Below are positions 22,930-41,686 of a stretch of 64,000 nt of DNA, one piece after another. How positions within the stretch are numbered: position 1 is the first letter of the stretch; the number at the start of each line of letters is the position of its first letter. The position numbers were made by a program, and so were the translations under genes. Source of the DNA: the human T2T-CHM13v2.0 reference genome, Homo sapiens; assembly GCF_009914755.1 (NCBI RefSeq), contig NC_060925.1; one strand, 5' to 3'. Under the pieces are notes generated by a model. It made no database searches and had not been told where the DNA came from. It was given only the letters and a program-made list of their open reading frames with translations.

Positions 22930-23431
22930 TTGTTTTGATTAGCTACATAGAAAATGAAGCAGAATTATTAGTAAACTATTAGAATGAATAAAATAGTTCA
23001 ATAAGATTGCTGGCTACAAAGTCAACATTAAAAAATCAGAAATTTCCACCACATCAGCAGTAGTCACCTAGAAAATATGAGAAAATAACATATCATTCAT
23101 GATAGAACAAAATCATAACATGCCTAAGAACAAGACACAGAATAAATGCACATAACCTTTGTATTGAGAAACACTTAAAATTATTCAAGGGCAAGTTGAG
23201 AACTAATTAAGTGAAGAGATTTACCTTATTTATAAATGAGGTGATTTAGTATTATAAAGATGTGAATTTCCTCCATGTTCTCCTGCAAGACCCATGCGAT
23301 ATCAATATATCAACAGAATGGCTTATATAACTTGACAACTGATTGTAAAATTTATATGAATGCATAAGTCCATGGATAATCAACGGAATTTTGACAAAAG
23401 AAAATAAGGAGACTCATTGTAACTGATAACT
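22930..23431 (+). mobile_element. Old L1 ORF2 fragment (left host of the nested stack)
   Basis: ttcaataagattgctggctacaaagtcaacattaaaaaatc...; the L1 continues at 33140. Confidence 0.7.
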
Positions 23432-23553
23432 GGGGGAGAGGGGAAGTGTTTGCTCGAGTCCACGATGCCAGCTCCAGACACCTCCCATGGAGGAGTCCAG
23501 TGAGCTGCCACTGGATGCCAAGTCCAAGGTCACCAACTAGCTTGTAGATTTTC
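23432..23553 (+). pseudogene. COMMD6P: COMMD6 processed pseudogene, 5' part
   Basis: ATG 23487 gives MEESSELPLDAKSKVTN*LVDF versus COMMD6 MEASSEPPLDAKSDVTNQLVDF; cut by an Alu insertion. Confidence 0.9.
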
Positions 23554-25484
23554 TTTTCTTTTCTTTTTTTTGAGATGGAGTTTTGCTCTTTGTTGCCTGG
23601 GCTGGAGTGCAGTGGCACTGTAGCAGGACCAGCTGCAGACAAAACTCCTCAGACACCGGATTAAAGAAGGAAGTGGTTTATTTGGCCGGGAGCGTCGGCC
23701 GACTTGCGTCTTAAGAGACGAACTCCCCGGAAAAGAAATTCTTGGCCTTTTTAAAGGCTTAAAACTTTAAGGGGTCCACATGAAAGGGTCGTGATAAATC
23801 GAGCAAATGTGGGAAACGTGACTGGGGGCTACATGCATCAGCTAACAGAACAGAAAGTTTTACAGTGCTTTTTTCATACAGTGTCTGGAATTTACAGATA
23901 ACACAAGTAGTTTAGGTCAGAGGTTGATGTTATTATTATTACTTTTTTTAACTCCTAGGGCTGGGTGGTGGTGTCAAGGTTGTCTGGCTATTTATCTTTT
24001 TTTTTTTTTTCCAACTTTTTGCTTTCTCTCTTTTCTCCTGTCTTGTGAACTAGGCAAGATGGGGGGGAGGCAGCAGGAGTAGTAGTGGTCTCCTTCCTTA
24101 TCCCCCACTTTGAGAATTTTCACTAATTAGTGGGAGTTCTCACTTTTATTTTTACCTTTTGAGTCTTTTTGCAAGACAGAGTGATAATGTTTTATGTAAT
24201 ACACTCGTGTTGAAGTTTTCTGACAAACCATGGTAGTTACAAAACCTTTTATCGTTTGAAAGAGCAAGCGTAATACACAGGGGAGCAGCAAGCAAGTTGC
24301 TATTACTAGTAATGCACTTACAGTGAGGGTTTTAAATTTTTTGTAGCTGGAAACTATTTTCTAAATAAAGACCTAGGATCAAACCTGTGTTAAACCTGTA
24401 TATGCACATGTATCAACTTTGTCATGTCCTAAGCAGGTTAGTTTATTAACTGGGTCTTAAAAGCTTTTTCCTAGAGAATAACACAGTATTTTTTAATAAT
24501 AGAAGATTTTAAGAGCCAGACACTTGAACTTGTGGCGTCTCTTTGGGGAAAGAGCTAGTTGAAGTTATCTTCGAGGCATTAACTCTTTTGCTTCTCAAGG
24601 CCATTGGTCTCTTATGTTAGCCTTTTTTTAAACATAACATGAAGAAACATCTAGGCTGCCAGCAATGTTTTCAGCCAGCTGAGCAAATAGGTTTTTTCCT
24701 TTTTTGCTAAAGGAGGAGGTTCTGGTAACTTCTGGTTTATATGTTTAAAGAATGACTGAAAGACTTGGAATTGTTGCTGGGCTGGATGGGTCTGGGTTTC
24801 CTAAGTAGTATGTGTACAGTGGGGACACCTTATATAGATGTTTCTTCTAGCATGGTTATGGGGGGGGTAGCAACAACAAAACAATGTACAGCATATTCAT
24901 ATCCAGCAAGGACAAAAGAGGTCCTTACTGGGAAAAAGGTTGAATACAGTGACAGAACAATAGGAAAACAATATTACAGGAAAACTATTAGTCTTAAGAT
25001 TTTTAACTACATTTACTTGCTTGATGAGTCCTCAAGCTTCGGCTGTGCATAGACTAGTCAGCTGCCGGTGTGTGACTAGAGCAGGGCTTGTTGTCTCCTC
25101 AAGGTTCAGCCATGCGCAGACTGGTCAGCCTCTGGAGTGACCAGAGCACGGCTGTCATCCTCAGCAGCAGTTTGGTCTCATCTCAGGATCATCAGGGTTG
25201 GATAATCTGCATCCTGCTGGCTGCTACTTGTCTTGAGCTGCTGGTGTTAGCCAACTGTGGTGGATCCAAGACACCACACCTGCAACTTTAACAGCAGTGG
25301 GAGTGGACAAGGTTACAGTATAGGGCCCATGCTATATGGATCCTAGAAAAATTAGATTTTGCTTTAAACAGAGTCACTAGATTTAAAGGGGTGTCTGGCT
25401 TATAGGCATTTTCATTTATTTAATTATGAACACTTTGTATGGCTATTTTTAAAGCCTGCATTTGCTTTCTTAAGGTTAATTCCT

Positions 25485-26570
<1,086 letters not shown>

Positions 26571-29354
26571 GGTTAATTCCTTTAGTTTCTGGAGGTCACC
26601 TTTAATTTGACCTATGATTTAGGGGTGGCCGACCGAACAAAATCTTATACGGCAAATACCTAGTTTGTTTGTTGGGGGTGCACCTGACTCGGAGGAGGAC
26701 CGTAGGCAAAAACCTGATTTTATCTTAAATGAATTTCCTGGCAATATTTTTTTCAGTAGCTGCTCGAGTGTCCAGTTCATGTGTTCCACCTTTTCTTGAA
26801 GTTTGTGGCTGATAGGCTGTGTGTAACTTCCATTTTATTTTTAACAGTCTTGTTAAATCTTGCACTATTTCAGCTACAAATGCTGGCCTATTGTCTAACT
26901 TTAAAGTTAGAGGTAGTCTAAACCTGGGGATAATGTCTTTTAACAGTACTCTAGTCACTTCTTGTACTTTTTCTGTCCTGGTGGGGAAAACTTTAACTTA
27001 CCCTGAAAAGGTGCAAAGAAGCACTAGCATGTACCGATAGCCTCCAGCACGGGGCAGTTCTGTAAAGTCCATGAGCAAGTTTTCACAAGGTATGGCTCTT
27101 TGTCCTGTTTAAGTTTCTTAGAGGAGGGTTTCTTCCCCCCACCCGGCCTTTGTAACTTTATCTAGTGGCTTAGCCTTCAGTGAGAAGCTGGAATACAGAT
27201 ACGGCAGAATCTTGCTGCTTTTAACTTCTAATGTGACCATGGGCTCCTGGGAGCCTAATGAGAAGGTACCTAGTCTGCCCTAGTCTTTACATTCTTCAGC
27301 TCCTGTCAGCCTGATCAGATCAGTATTTGGTTCCTCCAAGGTGCAGCTGCCCTTGGCCGATGGCCTCTTTGTCTTGCGGCCTTGGCCATTTCCTTTATTG
27401 CCTTCTGAACATTTACCCTTCTAGTGTCCTTTCTTTTTGCATCTCATACATTATTCTCTCTCTAGCCTTGTCTGGCTCTTGAATACTTGCCTAACTTGAC
27501 TTCTTTCTTGTCTACATCCACGTCCATGTCCTCTCACATTGCTAATTTTTTTTATAAGAGCTGTTGCTAACATATTGGCTTTTTCTTCTTAAGTCTTTAA
27601 TTTACTTTTTTTTTTTTTTTTTTTCTGAGTTCTCCTGCTCCTACAGCCAGCTGGTGGGGCCGGGCAATGGCACGGGCCTGCCCCCACGCACTGCTGTCTG
27701 TCTCTCCTGTTTCCTTCTGATTCTCTTTTTCACACTTAGTCTTTCTTTTTCTTTTGCTCTTTCCCAGTTTTGTTCCTTGGTCACAGTTAACGTACACCTT
27801 GGTGGCCACTTTTATAGACTAGGTGGTATTCATGCCTGCAGCTTCTGCTTGCTGTTACCGTAGGCTTGCTTTACAAATGAAGTATTCACTATATACTGAT
27901 TTTCAGCAGCCTCAGGGTTAAATGGGGTGTAAAGCCAGAATGCTGTATAGAGTCTCTTATAAAACTGACTTAGGCTCTTGCCAGCTCCTTAAAGCATTCC
28001 TGAAATCTTTTTTATATTACTTGCTTTTTTCTACCAACTCTTAACCTCTGCAGAAGTGCTTCTCAGTACCTCTGCAAACACTGAAGCTGAGTTGCATTCT
28101 CTGGGCCTTTTTTCCCCTTTTTCCTGGAGTTTAACAGGCCCTTTTCTTTATATAATTTTTCATGCACTTGGAGGGTTAAACAGGCATACTGAGAGTCAGT
28201 GTAAATGTTTACAGTCTTACCTTCACTGAGTTCTAAGACCCGAATTAAAGCAATGAGCTCAGCTTAACAACAGTGTCCAGGGTTACCACTGCATATTCTG
28301 CATATCTCTCTCCTTGTGGGTTGATGAAGCTGTATAGCTCCCAGTCTACTGATGCCCAAGGCTGGTCCCGGAGGTCAGGTCTGCTAGAGTAAACTTGAGT
28401 CCAACACCTCTGCACTGTTATGCTCGACAGGGCTCTAGCTGCTGGGAGCAAGGTGGCAGGTTCAGGGTGTTTCCAGTTTAGTAGATCAATGGTTGAAAAG
28501 GGCTGATAGATGAAAGTCTGTTGCCCCCCAAGATGTGGGCCTGGTCATTATAATAGACAGGTCCTGGTGTCTTCCTGAGAGGCATTTGCATAGCTCCAGC
28601 AAGACCAGATCTGAGACGGCCCACTTGACTATCTTGACCTTCTTCCTTGGCCTCTCGAGGCTCCAATCCTCCCCTTCGAGGTGAGACCTGGGGCCTGTTA
28701 GCTCCTGAATCTCATTTCTGAGGGGGCTGTTGGCTTCAGTAAAGGTGGGTAGGCTGGGATATGTGGAGAAATAATTTCTATTATCTTTGGTGGCTCCTGC
28801 AAAACTGGCTTCTTTTGCTGTTTCTGGGACTCCCTTTTTAACTCTGACTGCTGGCGAAGCTGCTCTTACTTTTACTTTTGGCTTTTTTGCAATAAGCTGT
28901 TAAACAGGGCTAAATTTATGCTGGTTTTGTCTATATTATATTTAACCATGAGTCAATATAAAGGAATTTAATCTAGGTACACTGGCTGTCCTCTGACCCC
29001 TGTCACCACCTTAAATACATGGCCAATTGTTCCCTGTCTATAGTTCCTTCGGTGGGCCATCCAACACCAAAAGAGGGCAATTCTAATTCACACAGAGTTC
29101 CTAACCTCTAGGGGGTTAACTTAACTCTGTAATCTCCTGCGAAACCTTTCTTAAGGTTCTGTAACATACATTTTAATAGAGTAAGTTTTGATGATTTGAT
29201 GACTATCCTTTTATTTTTCTTTTTGAAAATTTTTTACACAGTTCCTAGCGGAGTGGGCTTACTTTGTGTCTGACCTATTTTTCTCTTGAGACAAAACAAC
29301 ATTCACACTACAAGAAGGAAAGGGTAAAAGGTCACTCACTTGTCTAATTCACAC

Positions 29355-29560
29355 TAAATCAAAATCGAAACGAAAACCAAAGTGTTGTTAAAGGCACACC
29401 TGTTCATCAAGCAATTTAAGCCAAGTCAAAATCAGAACCAAAACCAAAGTGCCAATAAAGGCATGCCTGTTTATCAAGCAATTCAAGTCAAATCAAAATC
29501 AAAACTAAAACCAAAGAGTCAAGCAATTCAAGTCAAGTCAAAAACAAAAACCAAAGTGCT
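29355..29560. repeat. Degenerate ~45-65 bp tandem repeats in the ERV leader
   Basis: Recurring tcaagcaattcaagtcaa..caaaa..aaaaccaaagtg units. Confidence 0.7.
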
Positions 29561-30425
29561 GGTACAGGCACGCCATGGGTGATCAGGCCATGCTTCCACT
29601 CAAATGGAGTGGGCAAGATCCAAAGACCAGTCTTACCAAGTTTTAGATGTCTGGACTTAAAGTGCCAGTTCCTTCCCGGTGTTCAGCTACTGCATTGATC
29701 CTCTGCGGGGGCCTGCTGTGCACTGCTCTGACAAGGCATTCCACCAGGACAAATGCCTACCTGGGAGCGCTCTCAGGATCTGCATGGCTCAAGCTGGCCA
29801 GAGTCCCCCGCAGGGATGCTCTACAGGGCAGACCTAAGCTGCCTAAGGGGCTGCCTTGGCCTTCCATTAATCCCCTCACTTCCTGGTCAGGGAACCAAGA
29901 AATGCAGCAGGACGAGCCACAGACAAAACTCCTCAGACACCGGATTAAAGAAGGAAGTGGTTTATTCTGCCGGGAGCATCAGCCGACTTGCGCCTTAAGA
30001 GCTGAGCTCCCCGAAAAAGAAATTATTGGCCTTTTTAAAGGCTTACAACTTTAAGGGGTCCACATGAAAGGGTCGTGATAAATTGAGCAAGCGTGGGAAA
30101 CGTGACTGGGGGCTACATGCATCAGCTAACAGAACAAAAAGTTTTACAGTGCTTTTTTCATACAGTGTCTGGAATTTATAGATAACACAAGTAGTTTAGG
30201 TCAGGGGTTGATGTTATTATTATAACTTTTTTTAACTCCTAGGGCCAGGTGGTGGTGTCAAGATTGTCTGGCTATTTATCTCACTTTTGTTTTTTTTCCA
30301 ACTTTTGGCTTTCTCTCTTTCCTCCTGTCTTGTGAACTAGGCAAGGTGGGGGGAGGAGGGCAGCAGGAGTAGTAGTGGTCTCCTTCCTTAGCACGTTCTC
30401 AGCTCCTGGGTTCAAGGCACCTGGC

Positions 30426-30502
30426 ACAAAATGCAGTTTCTTATGTCTACTTCTTTCTACATAGACACAGTAACAGTCTGATCTCTCTTTCTTTCCCCCA
30501 CA
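30426..30502 (-). mobile_element. Displaced 5' end of the same LTR5
   Basis: Reverse complement TGTGGGGGAAAGAAAGAGAGATCAGACTGTTACTGTGTCTATGTAGAAAGAAGTAGACATAAGAAACTGCATTTTGT. Confidence 0.88.
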
Positions 30503-30624
30503 AGCTCAAGTGATCCACCCACCCTCTCAAAGTGCTGGGATTGCAGCTGTGAGCTAATGAGCCTGGCCGCTATTATCTTTTTTTTGTCTGAATTTTTAAA
30601 ATTATTTTTAAAAATGGAAAAACA

Positions 30625-33058
<2,434 letters not shown>

Positions 33059-33139
33059 GAACTCAGGTGTTTGAAACCAGCCTGGGCAACAAACATGGCG
33101 ATACCCTCATCTCTATTAAAAAAAAAAAAAAGACAATAG

Positions 33140-34430
<1,291 letters not shown>

Positions 34431-34659
34431 TGCATAGATTTACTTAGGCTTGGTTTACTGATGCAAAAGAGAGAGAATAAAAATACACTGTTTTCACAAA
34501 AACAGTGAAAAGGGAGTAGGAAATAGCATAAAATTCATAGCAGAAACCCATTTTTGCAAATATACAATATTGCATTTTGTTAAATAAACACACTCTCACA
34601 TACACAAACACTGATACCTTTTATATCTCCAGATTCATTTTTTTTTTTTTTTTTTTTGA

Positions 34660-34964
<305 letters not shown>

Positions 34965-35091
34965 TAAAAAACAGACTAAATATACAAAACTGGGTGCATT
35001 GTAGGGGAGAGGAATTGGTGTAAGAATGGGAGATGAGGAGAAAATAATGAGACAATATAACAGAACAGGGATCTTACCCAATCAATGATTA

Positions 35092-35277
<186 letters not shown>

Positions 35278-35571
35278 TCAGGAGGCCGAGGCAGGAGAAT
35301 CGCTTGAACCTGGGAAGCAGAGGTTGCAGTGAACCAAGATCATGCCCTTGCACTCCAGCTTGAGTGACAGAGTGAGACTCCATCTCAAAATAAATAAATA
35401 ATACATAAATAAATAAAGTGCAATAAACTGAGGGAGATGATTGAATCAATTTTGTGTGCCCGTGAGTGATAAGAGGGAAAAAAAGTGAAAGTATACAATA
35501 CCTTTTGGGAGAAATAGAAGAGGACTGACTGGGGTGAAGATATTCACAACATAATATCAAAACTACTCCTA

Positions 35572-35748
<177 letters not shown>

Positions 35749-35787
35749 TTAGCTGGGCGTGGTGGCTCATGCTTGTAGTCCCAGCTA

Positions 35788-35895
<108 letters not shown>

Positions 35896-36033
35896 TCAAA
35901 AAAAAAAAAGAAAAGAAAAAGAGAAAAATATGCTTTTTTGGCTGGGCGTGGTGGCTCACGCCTGTAATCCCAGCACTTTGGAAGGCAGAGGCGGGCGGAT
36001 CATGAGGTCAGGAGATCGAGACCATCCTGGCTA

Positions 36034-36424
<391 letters not shown>

Positions 36425-36440
36425 GGGTGTATATATATGT

Positions 36441-36520
<80 letters not shown>

Positions 36521-37269
36521 TTTTTTTAGACAGTCTCACTCTGTCGCCCAGGCTGGAGTGCAGTGGCATGATATTGGCTCACTGCAACCTCCACTTCTGA
36601 GGTTCAAGTGATTCTCCTGCTTCAGCCTCCTGAATAGCTGGGATTACAGGCACAAGACACCATGCCCAGCTAATTTTTGTACTTTTAGTAGAGATGAAGT
36701 TTCACCATGTTTCACCATGTTGGCCAGGCTGGTCTTGAACTTCTGACCTTAAATGATCTGCCCACCTCGGCCTCCCAAAGTGCTGGGATTACAGGTGTGA
36801 GCCACCAGCCTGGCCTCTAGTTATTTTTTACATAATGTTCAGCATACAATAAAAATTAGGAGACATGTGAAGAGAAAGGAAAATGTGACCAATGGTCAAG
36901 AGAAAAAAGAAAACAGTAGAAGCAGAAACAAATATAAGCCAATTGTTTAAGTTCACAGGCAAGAACTTTAAAATAATCACAATTTTATTTTTAAAAAATA
37001 GAGGAAAAGATGGAAAGTAGATGAGAAGAATTTCAACAGAGAATTGGAATAGAGACAAAAACTTCTAGAACAGAACCCTCTGAATGGGTTTAACAGCAAA
37101 TTGGACACAGCAGGAGACAAGATTAGTGAATTCAAAGACAGATCAATAGGCTGGGCACTGTGACTCACACCTGTAATCCCAGCACTTTGGGAGGCTGAGG
37201 CGAGTGGATCAGCTGAGGTCAGGAGTTTGAGACCAACCTGACCAACATGGTGAAACCCTGTCTCTACTA

Positions 37270-37533
<264 letters not shown>

Positions 37534-37653
37534 TCAAGAACCAAACCTAACAATACTCTGGCTAAAGAGTGAGGGGACTGTGGGCATGGGGGAATGCCTC
37601 CCCACAGATTCCCATCCACGACCCTTGGCCTGATGACCACAGCATCTCAGTAA

Positions 37654-38055
<402 letters not shown>

Positions 38056-39848
38056 TAAAAGAAAAATGTTGATCGTTTACTCAAAGGGGTAAATTAAGAA
38101 TGGTAGTGAGCTCCTAATATCGCTAGCCACAATTCTCAAGGGAAGCAAATGGGGAGGCCAAACATCTGGTTGCTAACCTCATCAGCACCTGATGGGTAGG
38201 GAGGCTGCGCGAAGGCTGATGTCCACTGAGGAATTCTGAAATGCTCCTTAAGGGGACTAGGCCCACCCATGTTGAGAATCACTAATGTATACTTGTGTTT
38301 AATTTTTTCTCTATTTCTTCTTCTTTTTCTTTTTTTAAGAGATGTTATGCTATGCTACCCAGTCTGCTCTCAAACTCCTGGGGTCAAGCGATCCTCCTGC
38401 CTTGGCCTCCTGAGTACGTTTAATTTTGCCACGGAAACATGCAGTCTCTCAGGAATATTCTAAATCTAGAATGGGTGGATTAGCACAGTCATAGTATTAG
38501 TAATTAATAAAACTTTCCCCCACTTTGAAATCCTGAAAGTAGTTAAAATCATGGAGTTCTAGGCAGTCCGGTATTAGCAGCCCTTGACCTTTGCACTGGC
38601 AGCTGTCACCAGGTGTTTAATGTGGCTTATTAGGGAAGTCCAGAGCCAGCCAATACTTTACTGAGCTTGTAAACTCATAATCCGTTTAGATTTTTTTGTA
38701 AAATAAAAACCATATATCTATATGGTAACGAATTGGTTAATTGTAAGCCAGGAAATAAAATGTATAAACAAAAGTGAAGTGGTAACAAATTAGTTAAATG
38801 GCAGGGGGATCAAATCCAGATCTGTCAGGACAGAAGGGAATACTCACCAACTATGCTAATGAGGAAGGAGATGAATCTAAAGTCAACAACATCTCCTCTA
38901 ACTGCCCACTTTTACACTGGGCCCAGATAGGTAGGAAGCATTGATTGCTCATGCCCCATTTGCTCCCAGGCCACCACCTAGTCTGACCCTTTGCTGGCAG
39001 GACAGAGCGAGAGGCCAGCATCAGAGTGGCCATTTGTGAAAATGCCAGAAACGTTGTCTACTCTCCACCCCACCCCATCTCCCACAAAACTCACCTGTGC
39101 CATGCAAGACTGTGGCAGATGGTTGGAATTCCAGGCGCTACTGCTCTTCATCCTTCTAGGGAGGCAGATGTCAGGGCAGAGGCCTGGGAAGTGTGAGGCT
39201 GCTGGATCCAAGAGTGGGGGCAGGTGGAGCAGAGGTGAGGTTTGGCCTTTTGGAAGCACTGGGTCACGAAAATCCAACCACGTGCTTTGACCAGATTCGT
39301 TTCCTGCTCAGATTCTGGATTGAGGAAGGCGGGGAGTGAGACCATGGCAAAGAATTGACTAGGAAGAAGCTGTCACCCTTGATGGAGTGGGCAAAGAGAA
39401 AAAGCAATCATTTGGGCATAGGGCCCAGCTGGACTCCTGGGTGGAAGGTGTGGCCTGGGTGTTCTTGGGTTCCTTGTCTGCTTGAGCCCCAGAACAATAG
39501 AAAATCTTGATGGCCACAGCAACAGGAGCTTAATAGTGGGAAGGAAGAAAAATGAAGGACAAAACCAAGACTTAAACTCCCACTGGGAAGTTTGAGAAAA
39601 AAGCCTTAACCACTATACCAAAAATGTACCCCAGGAAACTGATCTTACCTTCTGGTACCAGCATCAGCTACATAAATTGTCGGGTCTAGTGCAAAGTGAA
39701 AATGCAACCTCTTCTGAAAAAAGCAGCAAGAAAAGTGCTGTGAAGAGTAGTGAACTATAAAGCTTTTTCCTTTCTTCCATAGTCCTTCCTATGATGGGGC
39801 TTTTTATTTGCTCTTGTCATTCTATGTAAAGAAAAATTAAGAATTTAA

Positions 39849-40079
<231 letters not shown>

Positions 40080-40292
40080 TGAACTCCTGACCTCAGGTGA
40101 TCTGCCCACCTCGGTCTCCCAAAGTGCTGGGACTGCAGGCGTGAGCCACCGCGCCTGGCCGGCTAATTATTTGAAATTTTAAGAACATTTTCCAGACACT
40201 CCTAAAAGTTTATAACCTACGCTTGCAGTGGTTAAAGCGTCAGTCCTAAGGTATTTTTCCAAAAGGTGCTGCCCAGGTAACTAAGCTGTCTC

Positions 40293-40365
40293 TCCCTGGT
40301 GGTCTAGTGGCTAGGATTCTAGTGCTTTAACTGCCAGCGCCCAGGTTCAATTCCCGGTTAGGAAA
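40293..40365 (+). pseudogene. Decayed tRNA-Glu pseudogene (anticodon now TTA)
   Basis: TCCCTGGTGGTCTAGTGGCTAGGATTC...GGTTCAATTCCCGGTTAGGAAA; anticodon stem eroded by CpG-type changes; flanks homologous to those of the intact Glu gene at 41516-41587. Confidence 0.9.
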
Positions 40366-41515
40366 GTTTGCTTCTTTGCTTTCTTGATCACACGCATTCT
40401 ATTATCGCCGTGGCTGCGGCTGTCACTGCCCTCCGGAGCAGTTAAGGTTTGCTTGCAGGCACGCCTCTCTGCAAGGCACTACTGACATCCTGTACATCAG
40501 TATCCAGGGAATGGGGACTGCCTGTATGGAGTAAAAAGGTAGGCAGATTCAGACTCACCTCAGCCCCACTCTATTGAGAATTACTGATTTTTATTTTTAC
40601 TTCTTGGGGGCTGAGTCTCGCTCTGTCGCCAGGCTGGAGTGCAGTCGTGCGCTTTCAGCTCATTGCAACCTCCGTCTCCCGAGTTCAAGGAGTAGCTGGG
40701 ACTACAGCTCAGCCTTCCGAGTAGCTGGGGCTACAGGCCCGCACCACCACGCCCAGCTAATTTTTGTATTTTTATTTTTGTATTTTTAGTAGAGACTGGG
40801 TTTTACCATGTTGGCCAGGATGGTCTCGATCTTTGACCTCGTGATCCGCCCGCCTCCCAAAGTGCTGGGAGCCAACGCTCCCGGCTTGATTTTTAAAAAT
40901 CAATATAAGTAATTTTTACATGAAACAAGTGAGTTATTTCAAATGTCTTCTAAATCTAGAAAGGTCTGATGAATTGGCATAGGCACAGTTTTAAGAATAA
41001 ATGTAATTCTCCCTCCCCGACCTCCTGCCGAGTTCTCATTTAAACCCTAAGGGCGGTTTGTTTACATTTCAGAGATGTAGTAGATGCCCAGGTTATTTTA
41101 CCAGATGCGCTACTGTTTCCTCTGGTAACAGGTGTTCCAAATCGGAAAACAAACTAGTCCGTTATGCTAATTTGCATATTTGAAACATGGAAAACCTCTC
41201 TTAATTCGTTTGGTCTTTTGTAAAAATAGAAACATATTTTTATATGGTAATAATTTAGTTAACTTTACCCGTAAGAGGAATAGACGAAAGTGAACCTCCT
41301 ATGATGACAAGTTACTTGACAACACTAACTTGTCAACGTTCTTACTTGTCAAGGGCTCCCTAATGACATTGCCCCGCGGTTTTCAAGACTGACTTCAGGA
41401 TCATCTGGGAGAGGTTGAAAGGCACATGCAGTGTTCACCGCCTTGAACTGAAGATCACTGAACATGGCTTTGGTGGAAACCACTGCAGTGATATCAGAAA
41501 GGAAAAAAAGCAAAC

Positions 41516-41587
41516 TTCCCTGACCGGGAATCGAACCCGGGCCGCGGCGGTGAAAGCGCCGAATCCTAGCCACTAGACCACCAGGGA
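41516..41587 (-). tRNA. TRE-TTC: tRNA-Glu (TTC)
   Basis: Reverse complement TCCCTGGTGGTCTAGTGGCTAGGATTCGGCGCTTTCACCGCCGCGGCCCGGGTTCGATTCCCGGTCAGGGAA; intact A and B boxes; T7 terminator just downstream. Confidence 0.98.
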
Positions 41588-41686
41588 GGGCTGGTGACAC
41601 TGTGGGCAGCACCTTCTGAGAAAAGATCTTAGGACAGACGCCTCAACCACCTCAGGCACATGTTAGAAACCTATAGGAATGTCTTT

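Noticed and set aside
29880-29897. The ERV primer-binding site matches the 3' end of the nearby tRNA-Glu gene (17 of 18 including CCA)
   Set aside because: A Glu PBS defines the HERV-E group and priming uses the cellular tRNA pool, so proximity implies no link.
40293-40365. Functional ochre suppressor tRNA
   Set aside because: Anticodon and acceptor stems are mismatched and the pattern is CpG decay; kept only as a pseudogene.
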